64,000 bases of DNA from Isurus oxyrinchus (taxonomy: Eukaryota): the NCBI GenBank assembly GCA_026770705.1, contig JANJGN010000242.1, positions 248,001 through 312,000 of the forward strand, read 5' to 3'. Shown in pieces: positions 1 through 12,629 of the stretch (position 1 is its first letter; each line of letters starts with the position of its first letter). The notes under the pieces were generated by a model, which was not told the origin of the DNA, searched no databases, and worked only from the letters and a program-made list of their open reading frames with translations. A program made the translations under genes and the position numbers.

Positions 1-1513
1 AGGGCTGATGCGACGTGTCAAAGAAACTTTTTCACACAGCGAACAATTCAGGTTTATAGTTCAAAGTCTGGAAGTGTGGTGGAGGCAGGTCCTATTGGGG
101 CAATGAAGGCGGCATTGTGTGATTATTTTACTGGAAACAATGTGCAGGGTTATGCGGAAAAGACAGCAGATTGTCACTGAGTTCAAATGCTCAGAGAACC
201 GTTGTAGACACGATGGGCCGAATGGCCTCCTTATACGCCGTAACATTTCTGTAATTCTGTGATATCAGATATCAGCGTGTGTCTGCTGTTTAGATCTTAT
301 ACTGTTTTCTCCGTCTTCCAGACCAGGTGTTCAGCTGCTCTGCCCATTGCCTGATATTGGACGGAATGCCTTCTATATGATGAAGGCGTCTGAGTGATGA
401 CTGTTGTCCGATGTATTTGAGGCATGAGTCCTCAATTCAGAGACAATTGGCGGATAAATATTTTTTTATTTATGGTCCAGGGCCTGATCCAAAGAACAAA
501 CATTCACTTCAGCTGCTCTCTGCTGCCTTTTCTGAGGAACGATCAGGTGTCGGTGGACACAGTGTGAGAAATTGTCTTTGTGTTCAATCGCCTGTCTGCA
601 CTTTCTCTTTAAGGGAGTTCTGTTGTAACGGCACTTGGCTCATATTCGGGTCAGAAATAAAAGGTTTGCATCGTCACATTAAGGGCTAGAATGAGAGACT
701 GTATAGGATTGTAGATACAGTGAGGGGTCTGGGGAAAAGGTGAGACTTTCAAGCATGTAAAGAGCATCGATGGCGATTAGATGATTTAAGGCGCTCCTGA
801 TGTCTTTGCGAAGTTGATTTATACTTGAAATGAAAGTTGAAAATGTCAGGTAATATATTTGTGCTGATGCACCTTGTGTGTTTCCCTTGAGTGTTTTGTT
901 CTTTTGCCCCGTTAACAAGGGCCGGGTTACTCTCACTCTGGAGGGTGAATCACTTGTGCTGTTCCTCTTTACCGCCGTGAGAACTAATTGGAATTCTCAA
1001 TGTGGGTCTCTTTCCCGGTAAGTTACAGCTATAGCAAATCCAATCTGTGAGCTTTAATCACCTCTGCCAGCACATCAATATTGGGCATAAAAAGGCGGAA
1101 TTATGATAAGTGAAAACATTTTAAAAGCTGCCATCTGTTAATTTGAACAAAGGCAACAGCATTATCAGATCTGTGCGATAAATAGACCTGCCAGTTTTGT
1201 CTGCTGTGATCTCTGGATCAAACCCGTCGCTCAACAAAGCTGGCGATATTGCAAAAACAGTGATGATTGGTCAGGTTGTCTTCGGATATGGTTTCTTTCC
1301 AGGTCTGTATGACCGATCGGATTCTGCAGTTTGTTTGATTTTCCCGGCCGCTCCTGGGAACAGTTGGATGACTGTTTGATCCGAGGTTATTGTGGCTTCC
1401 TCTCGCTGTGTGTGTCTGAGCGGCTGACAACGCCGCTTCGCATTGTAGCTTCATCTACCCGCGATTCTACACAAACCTCAACAGACAGGAGCTCTCACTA
1501 AGAGTGCAAAGGC

Positions 1514-1552
1514 AGTTTTTGTACAGGGGTGAGACTGATTTGCATCACTGTG
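1514..1552 (-). promoter_or_regulatory. 23-spacer recombination signal sequence
   Basis: CACAGTG-23 nt-ACAAAAACT. Confidence 0.95.
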
Positions 1553-2017
1553 AGACTCAAAGCGCAGTAATACACGGCGGCGTCAGTCAGCTGCAGATCC
1601 AAGATGGTTAAACTGGTGAATTTAGTGGAGACTTGGAGCTCCAAAGAGAAACGAGTTCTCGCAAATTCTGCCTTTTCTTCATAGTTACCGGTATTCTTTA
1701 AAAGTACAAACTGGGGCTGTGTGTCTGGGTGTTGTCGATACCAGTATAACGTATAGCTGCTCCTTGCAGTATCAAAGTTACAGTTTAAAGTCACCTCGCC
1801 TCCTTCTGTCTTAACATCCGATAAGAGTGGCTGAGTGACAGAATCTCCATGAGTCCCGTCTGGAAAAAAATATATTAAACAGAAAATTTAAGACCGACAG
1901 TTGATTGAAATCTGATTGAAGCCATGCCTGGAAATGAGATAAAAGATGAAATGTATTCCCTTCACAATTACCTGTAAGAATTGCTGCCCACACAACCCAG
2001 ATGCTGCGTAGCCGCAT
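1553..2017 (-). CDS. TCR alpha/delta-type V segment (family A), apparently functional; leader exon 1972-2017, V exon 1553-1859
   Basis: 46-nt phase-1 leader (MRLRSIWVVWAAILT), GT-AG 112-nt intron, open V exon DSVTQP..VTLNCNF..LYWYRQ..LTILDLQLTDAAVYYCALS, followed directly by an RSS. Confidence 0.93.
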
Positions 2018-2103
2018 TGTCGCTGTCCGCACAGTCTAAGAGCTGCTCGATATTTGAAGACGCCCTTCATAATCCCCGCCCTCAATAACCCGTTGTCGTG
2101 TCT

Positions 2104-2128
2104 CAGGATGTTTACACCTCACTTCCTG
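2104..2128. promoter_or_regulatory. Paired inverted ETS-like motifs in the family A V promoter
   Basis: CAGGA(T/A)GT..CACTTCCTG about 90-110 bp upstream of the ATG; the same arrangement occurs at 16638-16662 and 24076-24100. Confidence 0.5.
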
Positions 2129-2574
2129 TGTCCCCACTTGCGTGGCGAGACCGGCAGGTTTTGAGAGAGCGCAGAGTAACTGCAATTGCCCTGACCTCAA
2201 CTGCACGCACTATCCTTACACAGGGAATAGATCCGGGTTTACAGAGCAGGATTGGGGAAGAAATTCTTTCTGAGCCGCTGTTGTCCAACTGGACGTTATC
2301 GCGATGTTAATGGAACAGAAAAAATGTTCCAGCTTTTCTGGTGATGCTGAGTTATGTTGGAGAGTAAGCAATAATTAGGCTGCAAGGGTTATGTGGTGGT
2401 CAGTTGTATTTGCAAGAAAGTGACAAAGAGGAACATATTTCGAAGAAAAAAGGTTATTTTCCTGGTCGAGAAGAATGGGGAAAATGAATTACTGCTTATT
2501 TTTCTGAAGTTGTGGAATATATGAGATGTTGTTCTAATATGTTTTAACTCAATTTTCCGGGGCCCTCTCTCGCT

Positions 2575-2710
2575 NNNNNNNNNNNNNNNNNNNNNNNNNN
2601 NNNNNNNNNNNNNNNNNNNNNNNNNNNNNNNNNNNNNNNNNNNNNNNNNNNNNNNNNNNNNNNNNNNNNNNNNNNNNNNNNNNNNNNNNNNNNNNNNNNN
2701 NNNNNNNNNN
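2575..2710. other. Assembly gap
   Basis: Run of 136 N. Confidence 1.
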
Positions 2711-2800
2711 GAGGATAGATCCTGGAGAGCTCCGTCATTACTGAGCTCCCAGATTTGATGAATCCCGGGCCACGGTTTTGTACTTGTCTATACATTTTAC
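2711..2800 (-). pseudogene. V-segment relic truncated by the gap
   Basis: YRQVQNRGPGFI..ELSRIY, homologous to the relic at 20433-20710 (CGQVQNHDPEFI..GLSRFY). Confidence 0.4.
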
Positions 2801-3119
2801 AAGGTATAAAAAGAGGTGACAAACATCCAGGATGAAATGTAATTTAGTACAAACTGTTTACTTCAACATAGGTTCACCGATCAGCACAGTGATTATGATC
2901 AGAATTAAACATAGGGAACACATGATGACTGCTTTAGATTTCAGAGCAGAAAAAGAGAACGATTTCAATATGCAGACCGTGCAGGCAGGTATGGAAGAGA
3001 AAACACGGCTCAGAGGCATGCTTCGCTTCATGAGAGACAGAGAGGCGTTTTCCATGGGCGTGATTGTCTTGTTCCTGAGTCTGATGTCAGCTGAACACCA
3101 ATGATTGTTACTTTTCTGC

Positions 3120-3300
3120 TTCATTCGCGGGATGTGGGCTTCGCAGGCTGGGCCAGCATTTATTGCCCATCCCTAATTGCCCTTGAGAAAGTGGTGGTGA
3201 GTTGCCTTCTTCAACCGTTGGTGTCCATGTGGTGTGAGTGTACCAAAAATTCTGTTAGGAAGGGAGTTCGAGGATTTTGACGCAGTGACAGTGGAGGAAC
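3120..3300 (-). mobile_element. 3' end of a CR1/L2-superfamily LINE (related copies about 10540-10720, 22165-22340, 22730-23100, 38500-38600, 52040-52570)
   Basis: Recurrent tail CTTCTCAAGGGCAATTAGGGATGGGCAATAAATGCTGG..CCCACATCCC. Confidence 0.65.
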
Positions 3301-3827
3301 TGGCACAGAATTGACTTCTCTCACCGTCTGAACTCATTCCTTCGCTGTTTTCGCCCTTTGTCCCTGTCCCTCTCTCTTGTTCTATATCTCTCTGCCTCCT
3401 TTTTTTGCCTTTCCTGTTTTCCTGTAAAACTCAGTTTCTCAATTGATGGACAGTTTGATCGACCAATGTTAAACCTGAAAACTTAAGAGATTCCATTTAG
3501 TCTGACGCCTGCTACGAATGAATATTCCTCCGTCTTTGAGCACCATTAATAGCTACAGTCATACCACCACTCAGAATATGATAAGTGAACGCATCGTTCG
3601 AACTGGAATGTAGATGCATTGAGGTTAGGTTTGTAACAGAACAGGGAGCTGATTCCAGATGCTAATAGGTCTATCCATACACCAGCAGCCATCTCATGGC
3701 CTAACGGTCTCGCAGCACCACTAGGGAGGCAAGGAGGTGAGGGTCGAGCACCTGAGACACTGAGAGCATATGATTCAGGGTGAGTATTAGACCGGGTGAT
3801 CTCCCCTTTACAGAGAAAATGGAGAGG

Positions 3828-4292
3828 ATGCGGTTACTCTGCATCTGGGTTGTGTGGGCAACATTTCTGACAGGGAATTACTGACTCAGCACATTCTAAT
3901 CAGAGGGACAGTCGCAACGTGGGTAAAAGCATTGACTATAAATGCTCATTGTGTGAGCCAGTGCGGACACGATGGGCCGAATGGCATCTGTCCAGAACAG
4001 CGTCTTAACAAATTCTACAGCTGCTTGCCGCTCACGTCTAGATAGGAGCAGACGATGTAACTTCAAACTTCTCCAGGACGCTGCATGGACAGTCTGGACA
4101 TTATTCTGGTAGCAGAATGAGCCAGAAACGCGGGCTAACTTCATCCCGTGGACGGTTTCTTAGGGTCATTATTGCAAAGCAGGCCTTGCTTAAATACGTT
4201 TCTCCACCGAAATTCAGGCAGCAGCTGAATCCACCATCCTAACCATCGCGAGTCTGTTGCTGACTAACACTGCCGCCTATTACAGTGCTCTC
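3828..4292 (+). pseudogene. Inverted family A TCR V pseudogene
   Basis: Leader MRLLCIWVVWATFLT with donor GT changed to GG; downstream WTLFW*Q and RFSTEIQAAAESTILTIASLLLTNTAAYYSAL; stops present, Cys104 changed to Ser, no intact RSS. Confidence 0.75.
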
Positions 4293-4319
4293 ACTTTTAA
4301 TCTGTGCCCTCTTGCCATT

Positions 4320-5060
4320 GAGCCTTTTACGAATGGGAACTGTTTCTCCTTATCTACTCTGTCCAGCTCCCTCACCATTTTGTACACCTCTTTCTAATGT
4401 TCTCTTGGCCTTCTCCTCTCCAATGAGAACAGTCCCAATCTCGTCAATCTATCTCAACACAAAAACAGAATTACCTGGAAAAACTCAGCAGGTCTGGCAG
4501 CATCGGCGGAGAAGAAAAGAGTTGACGTTTCGAGTCCTCATGACCCTTCGACATGTTCTGTCGAAGGGTCATGAGGACTCGAAACGTCAACTCTTTTCTT
4601 CTCCGCCGATGCTGCCAGACCTGCTGAGTTTTTCCAGGTAATTCTGTTTTTGTTTTGGATTTCCAGCATCCGCAGTTTTCTTTGTTTTCATCTCGTCAAT
4701 CTATCTTCCTGGTTAACTTTTCTCATCCCTGGAACCATTTTTGTAAACCTCTTCTGCACTGTCTCCAATACGTTCACATCCTTCCTGTAGTGTGGCCTCC
4801 AGAACTGTGCCCAATATTCCAGCTGAGGTCTAATTAGTGTCTTATTAAAGCTCAGCATATCCTCCTTGCTCTTGCACTCTATGTCCCTACTAATAAAGCT
4901 CAGGATACTGTTTGCTTTATTACTTAATTTCTCTACCTGCCCTCCCATCTTCATTAATCTATGCACATATACGCCTAGTCCACTCTGTTCCTGAACACAT
5001 TTTAGAATGGTATCCTTTATTTAATATTGTCTCTCCATGTTTATCCTAGCAAAATGCAGG
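4320..5060 (-). mobile_element. CR1 LINE ORF2 C-terminal fragment
   Basis: KANSILSFISR..LIRPQLEYWAQFWRPHYRKDVNVLETVQKRFTKM. Confidence 0.85.
4455..4689. mobile_element. Penelope-like hairpin insertion with 17-bp target-site duplication
   Basis: Perfect 95-bp inverted repeat (4459-4553 / 4559-4653); flanking direct repeat ATCTCGTCAATCTATCT at 4438-4454 and 4690-4706; hammerhead-like core. Confidence 0.8.
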
Positions 5061-5880
5061 GGCGAATGGCCGCATTCTGTGTTATAACTGTGCTGGGAAT
5101 CTATGACTGAATTGGAATTACTCATCAGCATTATCGTGGCTATATTTTATCATCTGAAGCAACATCATCATCGTTTTGCCTGTAATAAAACCTGGGCAGG
5201 AGGAAATGCATTTTGCTGGGAAGGGAGTTTTAGGTTGTTACTAGGAAATGATAAATTGATGAGAAGCTTTACCAAACGGTTCCGTATGATACAGTCAGGG
5301 TCAGCGGCGCAGGGAATCCTCTTTGGGAAGCAGGAATACAGATTAACGCCATATTACACTGCTCCTGAAAGAAGAACCGAAGAAGGCAGCTGTGCGGAAA
5401 TTTCTGCAATAAAACAGGGTAAGCGATGCGGGTCCGACGGAAAGAAGCAACGGAGATACCGCGGGAAGAGTGGTAATAGGAAAGTTCAATTCGTAAATGA
5501 CTGAATTCAGTAACAATACCTCATTTGAATACTGTATAAGTCTGCATGTTTGCAAAGGTCACGTTACTTTGACATTGCCTGCCTGTCGGGGCAAGCAGGA
5601 CAGCGATAGGTATTGAAGAATTATTATATTATTCAACTGCATCAATGGATTGTGTTGAAGTCAAAGTTTGAAACCAGCTTTGGGTCAGAGAAAAAAACCT
5701 GCATGTTGTGCACAGCTTGTTTACAGAGAGCTCACATGTGACATTATACAAATTTGGGAGCGTATGACATTAATGGCGAAAGAGATGGGTTCAAAGCAAT
5801 TTCGCCATAATTCATATTAAGTAGGTTTCAGCCTGTGTTGGTGGATGCGCGGGTCGCCAAAGTGGGAAAATGTGATCTCT

Positions 5881-5896
5881 CACTGCCATCTGCTGG
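5881..5896 (-). promoter_or_regulatory. CTCF-like motif
   Basis: CCAGCAGATGGCAGTG. Confidence 0.6.
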
Positions 5897-6799
5897 CTGA
5901 TTTAAAATGCATTCTTTGACCTGTTCTCACAGAACACGATTATTCAATGACGTCTTTGGGAAGACAGAACTTGAATGCTGCTGAGAAGAGAGGCATAATG
6001 CCGAAGGTTTTCATCTTACGCTCATCAGGGGAAACGCAGCATGACAATTTCCATCTATCACGACAATATCTCCCACAGGAGAAAGGGCTGCAGATTGTTT
6101 GGCTAGTTGACTCTGATTGGCCAGGTGTTGCTATGGCCAGGGCAACGTGGAACTATCGGCTCCGCATGCTTCTGGACAGTTGCAAGGTATTTAGCGAGAA
6201 TGGCTCCATGCATAAGTTACATTAATTTTATCTACATTAATTTGTCATGTCAGCTCGTGCTTATAATAAAATAAGCTTCACAGATGTATTTGTGGAGCAT
6301 TAACTCAGATTAAGACTTCCAATGCCCTTTCCTATCAGTCCCATCTCCGAGTTATCTCTAAGCATCCTCTAACAGTCTTTAGCTTAACCATATAAAAGCT
6401 TTACTACAGCCTAGCCGAATACTTCGCTGTACAGAGGTTGATTCTATCAGGTTAAACCCAGAAATATCTAACCAAAGACAGGAAGCAGTAGAAATCGGGA
6501 GATGTCGGAAGAAGGAGATGGGTGTCACTTTTTGAATGCGGATTGTGGGTTGATAGTGCTTATTCAACATCACAGGAAGGATTAAAATTGTGAGTGGAAG
6601 CTGTACGTTTCCAAGCTCCAATTTATCTGATTAATGTTTCTGTCGACTTATATGTTGATCTACAAGGATCAACCGTCGCCATCAGCATCACCACACAACC
6701 CATCTTTCAGTAAATGGTCATTGTAAATTGCCCCTTGGATGTAATTATTATGTTTCTTCCGGCGCCTAGCAGTGGTGATGTTCTCGACACCTTCGCCAG

Positions 6800-7380
6800 A
6801 GGGCGCAGTGATCACACCTTCTCGCTGCTCCCTCCAGACTCGGTGCAATGCCTTTCTAGATGTCTCTAAACCTCAATTTTTGAAATCTATTAAAAAGGGC
6901 AGCAGCCCTCTAATCGTCTGTTTTTGGCAGTTATTCATCGTTCCAATCTCCACCAGTCTCTTGAATTCTAATGGCATGCCCACATGTCCGTCCTTGGACT
7001 GCTGTAATTTTCCAATGAAGCCCAAAGCAAACTGAAGGGCCAATACCCCTTTCGGCACCATACAGCCTTCCCGACCTAACATTGCGTTCAACGACTTCTG
7101 ATTCTCTCCCCTATTTCCACCATTTGTTTGGAACTTATTTATTTTTACTTTTTTCTACATCTTTTCATTTTTTATTCATTTATTCATTGTTTTATCCCCT
7201 ATTATCCTCATTTTTCCATTTTCCCATCCTTTCCCCCCACCGCTTCCCGCTCCCCCCACCCTACTCACACAGGGTCCTCTGTTACCTGTTTATGTTGTTC
7301 TTTTCAGAGTGCTTAGCATTGTCCTGCTATTATCACATTCTGTTTTCTTGCCTTTATACCACTATCGTGCTGATCATCCT
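6800..7380 (+). mobile_element. Degenerate Penelope-like element (GIY-YIG C-terminus plus pyrimidine-rich tail)
   Basis: Decayed SVLGLL..NEA..KL..GTIQPS..NIAFNDF-like coding, then a CT-rich tail. Confidence 0.45.
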
Positions 7381-7439
7381 TTCACCCAGGAAATCAGATA
7401 GTTGACCTTCAACAACTACAGTCATTTCAGCGATAGTGA

Positions 7440-7690
7440 TTGGTGGAGAAATATTGTCCAGGCCAATTCCCCTTTTCTCCTTCAAAATAGTGCTCATGTG
7501 ATCCATCATGTCAAAGTATCCAGTGTTCCCGGTTTAGCATCTCAACTGAAAGCCGGCACCGCTGATGGTGCACCATCCCCTGAGGACTAAGCTGAAGTAT
7601 CAGTATAGATCCTGGGGGACAGTTCTCTAGAGAGGGGCAGAATCATGAAACGTCTTCTTCAGAGGGGATTGGACGAATAACTGACTAGTA
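7440..7690 (-). mobile_element. Deu-domain SINE fragment
   Basis: Antisense similarity to the SINE at 25440-25830. Confidence 0.5.
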
Positions 7691-9069
7691 GTGATTGCAG
7701 AATGGCCCCCTGATGTTATGTTATGCATGTGCACCATTCTACAAATGACTACATAGTAAAAATATGCAACCTCAGGTAAATGAGTACAAATCTTTCATAG
7801 TTGTGATCAGGTTGATGACTGACATACGGGGCGGAGTGGCCTCTCGGAGCCTCGATCACTGGCCCTCCCTGAACAAGAAGCCAGGGGCTCCTCAGTAAAT
7901 TGCCGGAATGTTGTTTCCGACAGATTACGGATGTCCCGTTGAGCGAACATTATCTGTCAACAGACTGGAGACAGAATCCAAGTAACCCCACGGCATCATC
8001 AACACAATCCGGGAAAAAGGATTGAAAAAAACAGAAAGAAAAAAAATACCACGCCCCCTTGAATCAGGGGGCCATTAAATTTTACCCCTGGAATCAAATC
8101 TCACTTGGAAAGAGAAATCGCCTTTCACAGACTGCGGATGTCAGTAAGCACTTTCCAACCCAAGGGAGCATGTTTGCAGTGTAGTCTCTGTTGTGATGTT
8201 CATAATATTACTTACACAGATGACAGTGCGAATGTTTAATTCTCTGTCAGGAACGATTGTTACTCTGACCCTTGCCGTGGATTTGGGGGTCCAGGTACTT
8301 TCCAGATAGTTTGAAGTTGCGTCCACCACTAGCCAAATCATTTGGGCACGAAAAGGTTGGTTGGCCTCTCTCTGTCACTCCCCCTGTCTTTATGTCTCTC
8401 TCTCTCTCTCTCTTTGTGTGTGTGTCTCTCTCTCATTGTGATAACCTTTTATTTCGGACTGCGCTGTGACATTGGACCATAGAATACAATGATTTACAGG
8501 GCTCAGTCTCTAAATCTCTTGTGTAATTCACCTATAGATTCTTGCCCTATATACACTATTGTTTACAGTAATGTGCAACGGTGCCAGAATGTTTCCTGTA
8601 ATCCCCAGCTGTCACCCGTCAGATCTATGATCTGACGACTTGGTAAATTTTCTCCAAAGATAAGGTTATGGAGCACCATTTAGTGGAACCTTGTCTGTAA
8701 AACAACAGCTTTCAATGTATTCTCTAATATTGCGTCATGATATTGCTGCATCATTATTCTGCCATATTATTATGTTGTTTATGGCTTTTGTTTTATTATT
8801 ACTGCAACTTCTCTCTTGTCATTGTTTTGCACCTGCTACTTTTACTAATTAATATTCCTTCCTAGATTATTTGCCTGCTTTCTGACGTGCCTATATCATT
8901 AAGACAGGACGTGTTCATTTGCGTAAATAGATGACTTTCTTGCTCATAAATTCATAAATCTGGAACTGATAAGGTTGTGATTGTTCATTTCAGAAGAATG
9001 TGAGGTTTGCGTGCACCCTAATCAACAAATAACGATGTCAATCAAATTTCAGGATGCCAAGTATATAAA

Positions 9070-9390
9070 ATCATGGGAAATAAGAGCTGCAGTCGGCATG
9101 TCGGCCCTTCAGGCCTTCTCCACCATTAAATAAGGTCATGGCTGATCTGAGTGTAAACTCCCACCTACCACCTGTTACGTTTCACTCCCTTATTTATCAA
9201 AAGCCGATCTACCACTGCCTTGAAAACACTCAATGACTCTGCTTCTCCTGGCCTTTGAGGAGGGAGATCCAAAGACTCACTACTTTCTGAGAGAAAAAAC
9301 TTCTCATCTTTGTTTTAAATGGGAGACCCCTTATTTTTAAACAGTGACCCCTACTTCTACATTCGCTTACAAGAGGAAAGATCCTTTCCA
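9070..9390 (-). mobile_element. CR1 LINE 3' end
   Basis: RIFPLVSECRSRGHCLKIRGLPFKTKMR plus CR1-type 3' UTR. Confidence 0.8.
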
Positions 9391-9690
9391 TGTTGTCATT
9401 TATTTTTTTTGTACAGATTGTTAATATGTATGTTATATCATTATAAATAATAAAAATATTTTCATTCCATTTAATTACCCGGATGATCAACTGCTTTTTT
9501 GCAGAATCGCTCTCGCTTCTAAAGCCCATGTGCTAATTGTCTTCCCAGTCCCCATGTCGAATTAGGTCCAGTACAGCCTCCTCACCTCCTTGCCTTCCAG
9601 TGTTTGACCGCAATGTACTGCACCACAGCATCTGAGAACTGAACCGAGTGAACGGCGAGAGTAGTACAGCATTTCTCACGGTCCATAGGT

Positions 9691-10528
9691 ACTTTAACTC
9701 TTCCCTCAACTCTTTCATTATTGAACATGGGGACGAGATGCTCGGCAGCTAGATTGGAGAATTGCCGGTACAAGAATATAAGTTCACTTACAGCAAAAGT
9801 AGAGTTACGTTGAAGTGAAATGGTTGTCATTGCGTTCCTGATAAACCAATATCTGATTATTTTCCCAGTGACAAGGAGTAGCTGTCGAAACAATAATGTA
9901 ATTAACATAACTATATATACAAGGGAAATCAAATAAGGTGCTTGTGGAAATAGGTAGAACAGACAGATCAATCCATCCATCCGTCTATTCACACTGGGCA
10001 CACCTGAGTTTATGGTTCTGTAAGAAAAGCCCATAATTATCAGCTTTAGGGACTCCAGTGCTGGGAGCTTTCATTACTTCTCTTGGCAATTCGATATACC
10101 GGATAAGCTCGCAGCTATTTACCCTATAAATGGCGGCATGGAGATAAGTATACCTGTTTGAACGGGATGGCGACGGTTGCATTGGCGCTGGACTAGTGTT
10201 CTGGAGATCACTGGGTTAATTGTGTGGGGACCCGAGATAGAATCCCGTCACGGTACATGGCGGAATTTAATTTCAATTTGCAGTCTAATGATGACCATTT
10301 AACTTTAACTCTTCCCTCAACTCTTTCATTATTGAATATGGGGACGAGATGCTCGGCAGCTAGATTGGAGAATTGCCGGTACAAGAATATAAGTTCACTT
10401 ACAGCAAAAGTAGAATTACGTTGAAGTGAAATGGTTGTCATTGCGTTCCTGATAAACCAATATCGGATTATTTTCCCAGTGACAAGGAGTAGCTGTCGAA
10501 ACAATAATGTAATTAACATAATGATATA
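9691..10528. repeat. About 230-bp direct repeat pair (9691-9920 and 10302-10528)
   Basis: Near-identical sequence; matching peptide stretches in the ORF track. Confidence 0.9.
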
Positions 10529-10931
10529 TTGTCGTATAAACCCATCTGGTTCACAAATTCCTTTTAGGGAAGGAAACCTGCCATCCTTTCCAGGTCTGGC
10601 CTACATGTGACTCCAGGTGCCCGCAATGAGGTTACCTCTTAAATGCCCTCTGAACAAAAGCAATTTAGGGATGGGCAGCCAATGCTGGCCTAGCCAGTGG
10701 CCCCCACATCCCACGAAAAAAAAATAAAAAATCCCCAAATTGCTTCTTTATGGATTTGGAGAAGGCCAAAGAGAGCCATAAAACTGCGGCAAATAGACCT
10801 GTCTCTTATACTGCTCTGGAACCGGGGATCAAACTGTTCCCGCCGACAAAAGCACAAAAGAAAGCTTACTGGAGCTGTAAATGGTAGTCGAGCTTTTTGT
10901 ACTGGGATTCTAGATATGATATGAAGTTGTG

Positions 10932-11224
10932 CTTCACTGCACAGTAATACACTGCCCCGTCCTCCAAACTCCGTTCGTTTATATTGAGGTAACTGTTCTT
11001 TTTAGACTGGTCACCATCTACCATCTGTGGTCCTGAAATGTCATCTTTCTTCAGTGCTAAGACATTGGTAATAACTCATCTTGGTGGCTGTGCCGTTTGC
11101 TGCCAATACCATTGCATGTAATACATATTCCACTCTGCATATTTACAGCCTAACTGCACCGAAGCCCCTGCTGACACCATTATTGCAGCCAGGGACTGAG
11201 TTATTGGATGCACGCATAGTCGGC
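10932..11224 (-). pseudogene. TCR V pseudogene (V exon)
   Basis: PITQSLAAIMVSAGASVQLGCKY..MQWYWQQTAQPPR*..SYLNINERSLEDGAVYYCAVK; one TGA at 11076-11078; degenerate RSS CACAACT-24-ACAAAAAGC (10892-10931). Confidence 0.85.
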
Positions 11225-11670
11225 CTGTGAGGTAGAGAAATGAAATATCAAGCGGTTGAACAGTGTTGATCTAAATTTGTTTGCAGCTGTGTGAATTTGT
11301 GGAACCTCTCATCTACCCAGCTGCCCATCATATGGATATTTCTAATCATTAATTGCTTCAATTGTTTCAAATATTATCGCAACCTCTGTACATTAATCTG
11401 CTGATCTGCCTTGATGAAATTAATCCAGTATTTACTATTCAACAGCGCTGCCAGTATTATCAGAAACATATCAGACTTAATCACTCTCAGCAAATGCGAA
11501 TGGAATGAACCAGAGGTTGAAGAGGAGAGAGGGAACCCGGGCTCTGTTCAGCTCATCGTACCATCCACATACTGCAGGGGGCCAGGCCCATTGCCACTCA
11601 CTCAGGAAACTATCCCTATTGGCTTTGGCGTTTCAACCACGTGACTTACTGACGCCCATGCTTGAACTTG

Positions 11671-11684
11671 GCGCCCTCCGCTGG
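11671..11684 (-). promoter_or_regulatory. CTCF-like motif
   Basis: CCAGCGGAGGGCGC. Confidence 0.45.
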
Positions 11685-11739
11685 TGAATTCCGTTCAATT
11701 CGTGTTCGGATGCGGCCGTTGAGAGGATTCAGGGTTTAT

Positions 11740-12192
11740 TGAAACGCACATCAAAACAGGAATGTTCCCCAGAAGATTAAATTGGAGCTGTTTAGACGCA
11801 GCCTTTGTTGCTGTTGATGTTTATGTCTGAGCGCAATGTTAAATCTGTAGAAATAATCGCTGGAGCTCTCTGCCCAAAGCCTGGGCGCGACGAAGTAGAA
11901 GTAGAGTGAAGATTTTGGAGAAAGAGATGAGGAACGTTTACGGGTACAGGCAAGAGAAACTTGGATTCTTGCCCTCGTAACAAAGGAGGTAGAAGAGACA
12001 CTCAACTGATGTGCTACAAATTATGTCCTTATGACAGGTTAGGTCGCAATTGCTTCCATTATGGGATGATTCAGTCATCAAATCATTCGGTTTCATGAAA
12101 ACAAAAGAGAGCGAAATGTCTGTTTTATTTATTACATAGTATGTGTTACCATCTGAAACACCATGCTTGAAATGATGGGGAAGAAGATTCAA
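11740..12192 (-). pseudogene. Highly decayed V-like relic with leader-like exon
   Basis: Leader-like NLLP..|GTAAC resembling the family B leader; VSLACT..LYFY..RFNI..LRL..F*CA spacing. Confidence 0.3.
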
Positions 12193-12629
12193 TCGTAAAT
12201 TTCAATACGGAATTGTTATGAGTTGAAAAGACAAAACACGGTGGAAAATGTGAGGTGTGAAAGGGGTGGGATGGCTCTTTCAAATAGACACAGATACAGT
12301 AAGCGGAGTCCTCATTCAATTTCGTACGTTTCTGTGAGTCTGCTCCCTTACTGCCGCTCCCGCTTGATTTATTCTCAGTCACTTGATAAGTGAACAGGTG
12401 CAGGATGTTCGCAGGTTCTGGAGTTTCAACCGTCACTATTTTCGCTCCATCATTTCCAGCTGCAGCTGATCACCGTCGCGCACTTTCATCGGGTTTCAAT
12501 CTGCTGCATCCCCGGCCACAGCTTCCGTTTGTTCCTCTCCTCTGACCCAATTTTGTTCTTGGAGGTATTGCTTCCCCTTGGTATGTTTTTGCCATCGGAT
12601 AGATCAGCTGTACCGTGAACCAGGGACCT

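Noticed and set aside
1197-1454. Short ORFs repeated at 15754-16011 (MSAVISGSNP.., MKLQC..)
   Set aside because: Explained by the cassette duplication; no domain features or splice structure
5103-5555. 133-aa ORF, and an AV*YG-like motif on the minus strand
   Set aside because: No recognisable domain; no V framework or RSS
12146-12436. EDSAYCIC resembling a V FR3 end
   Set aside because: No first Cys, WYxQ or RSS at proper spacing
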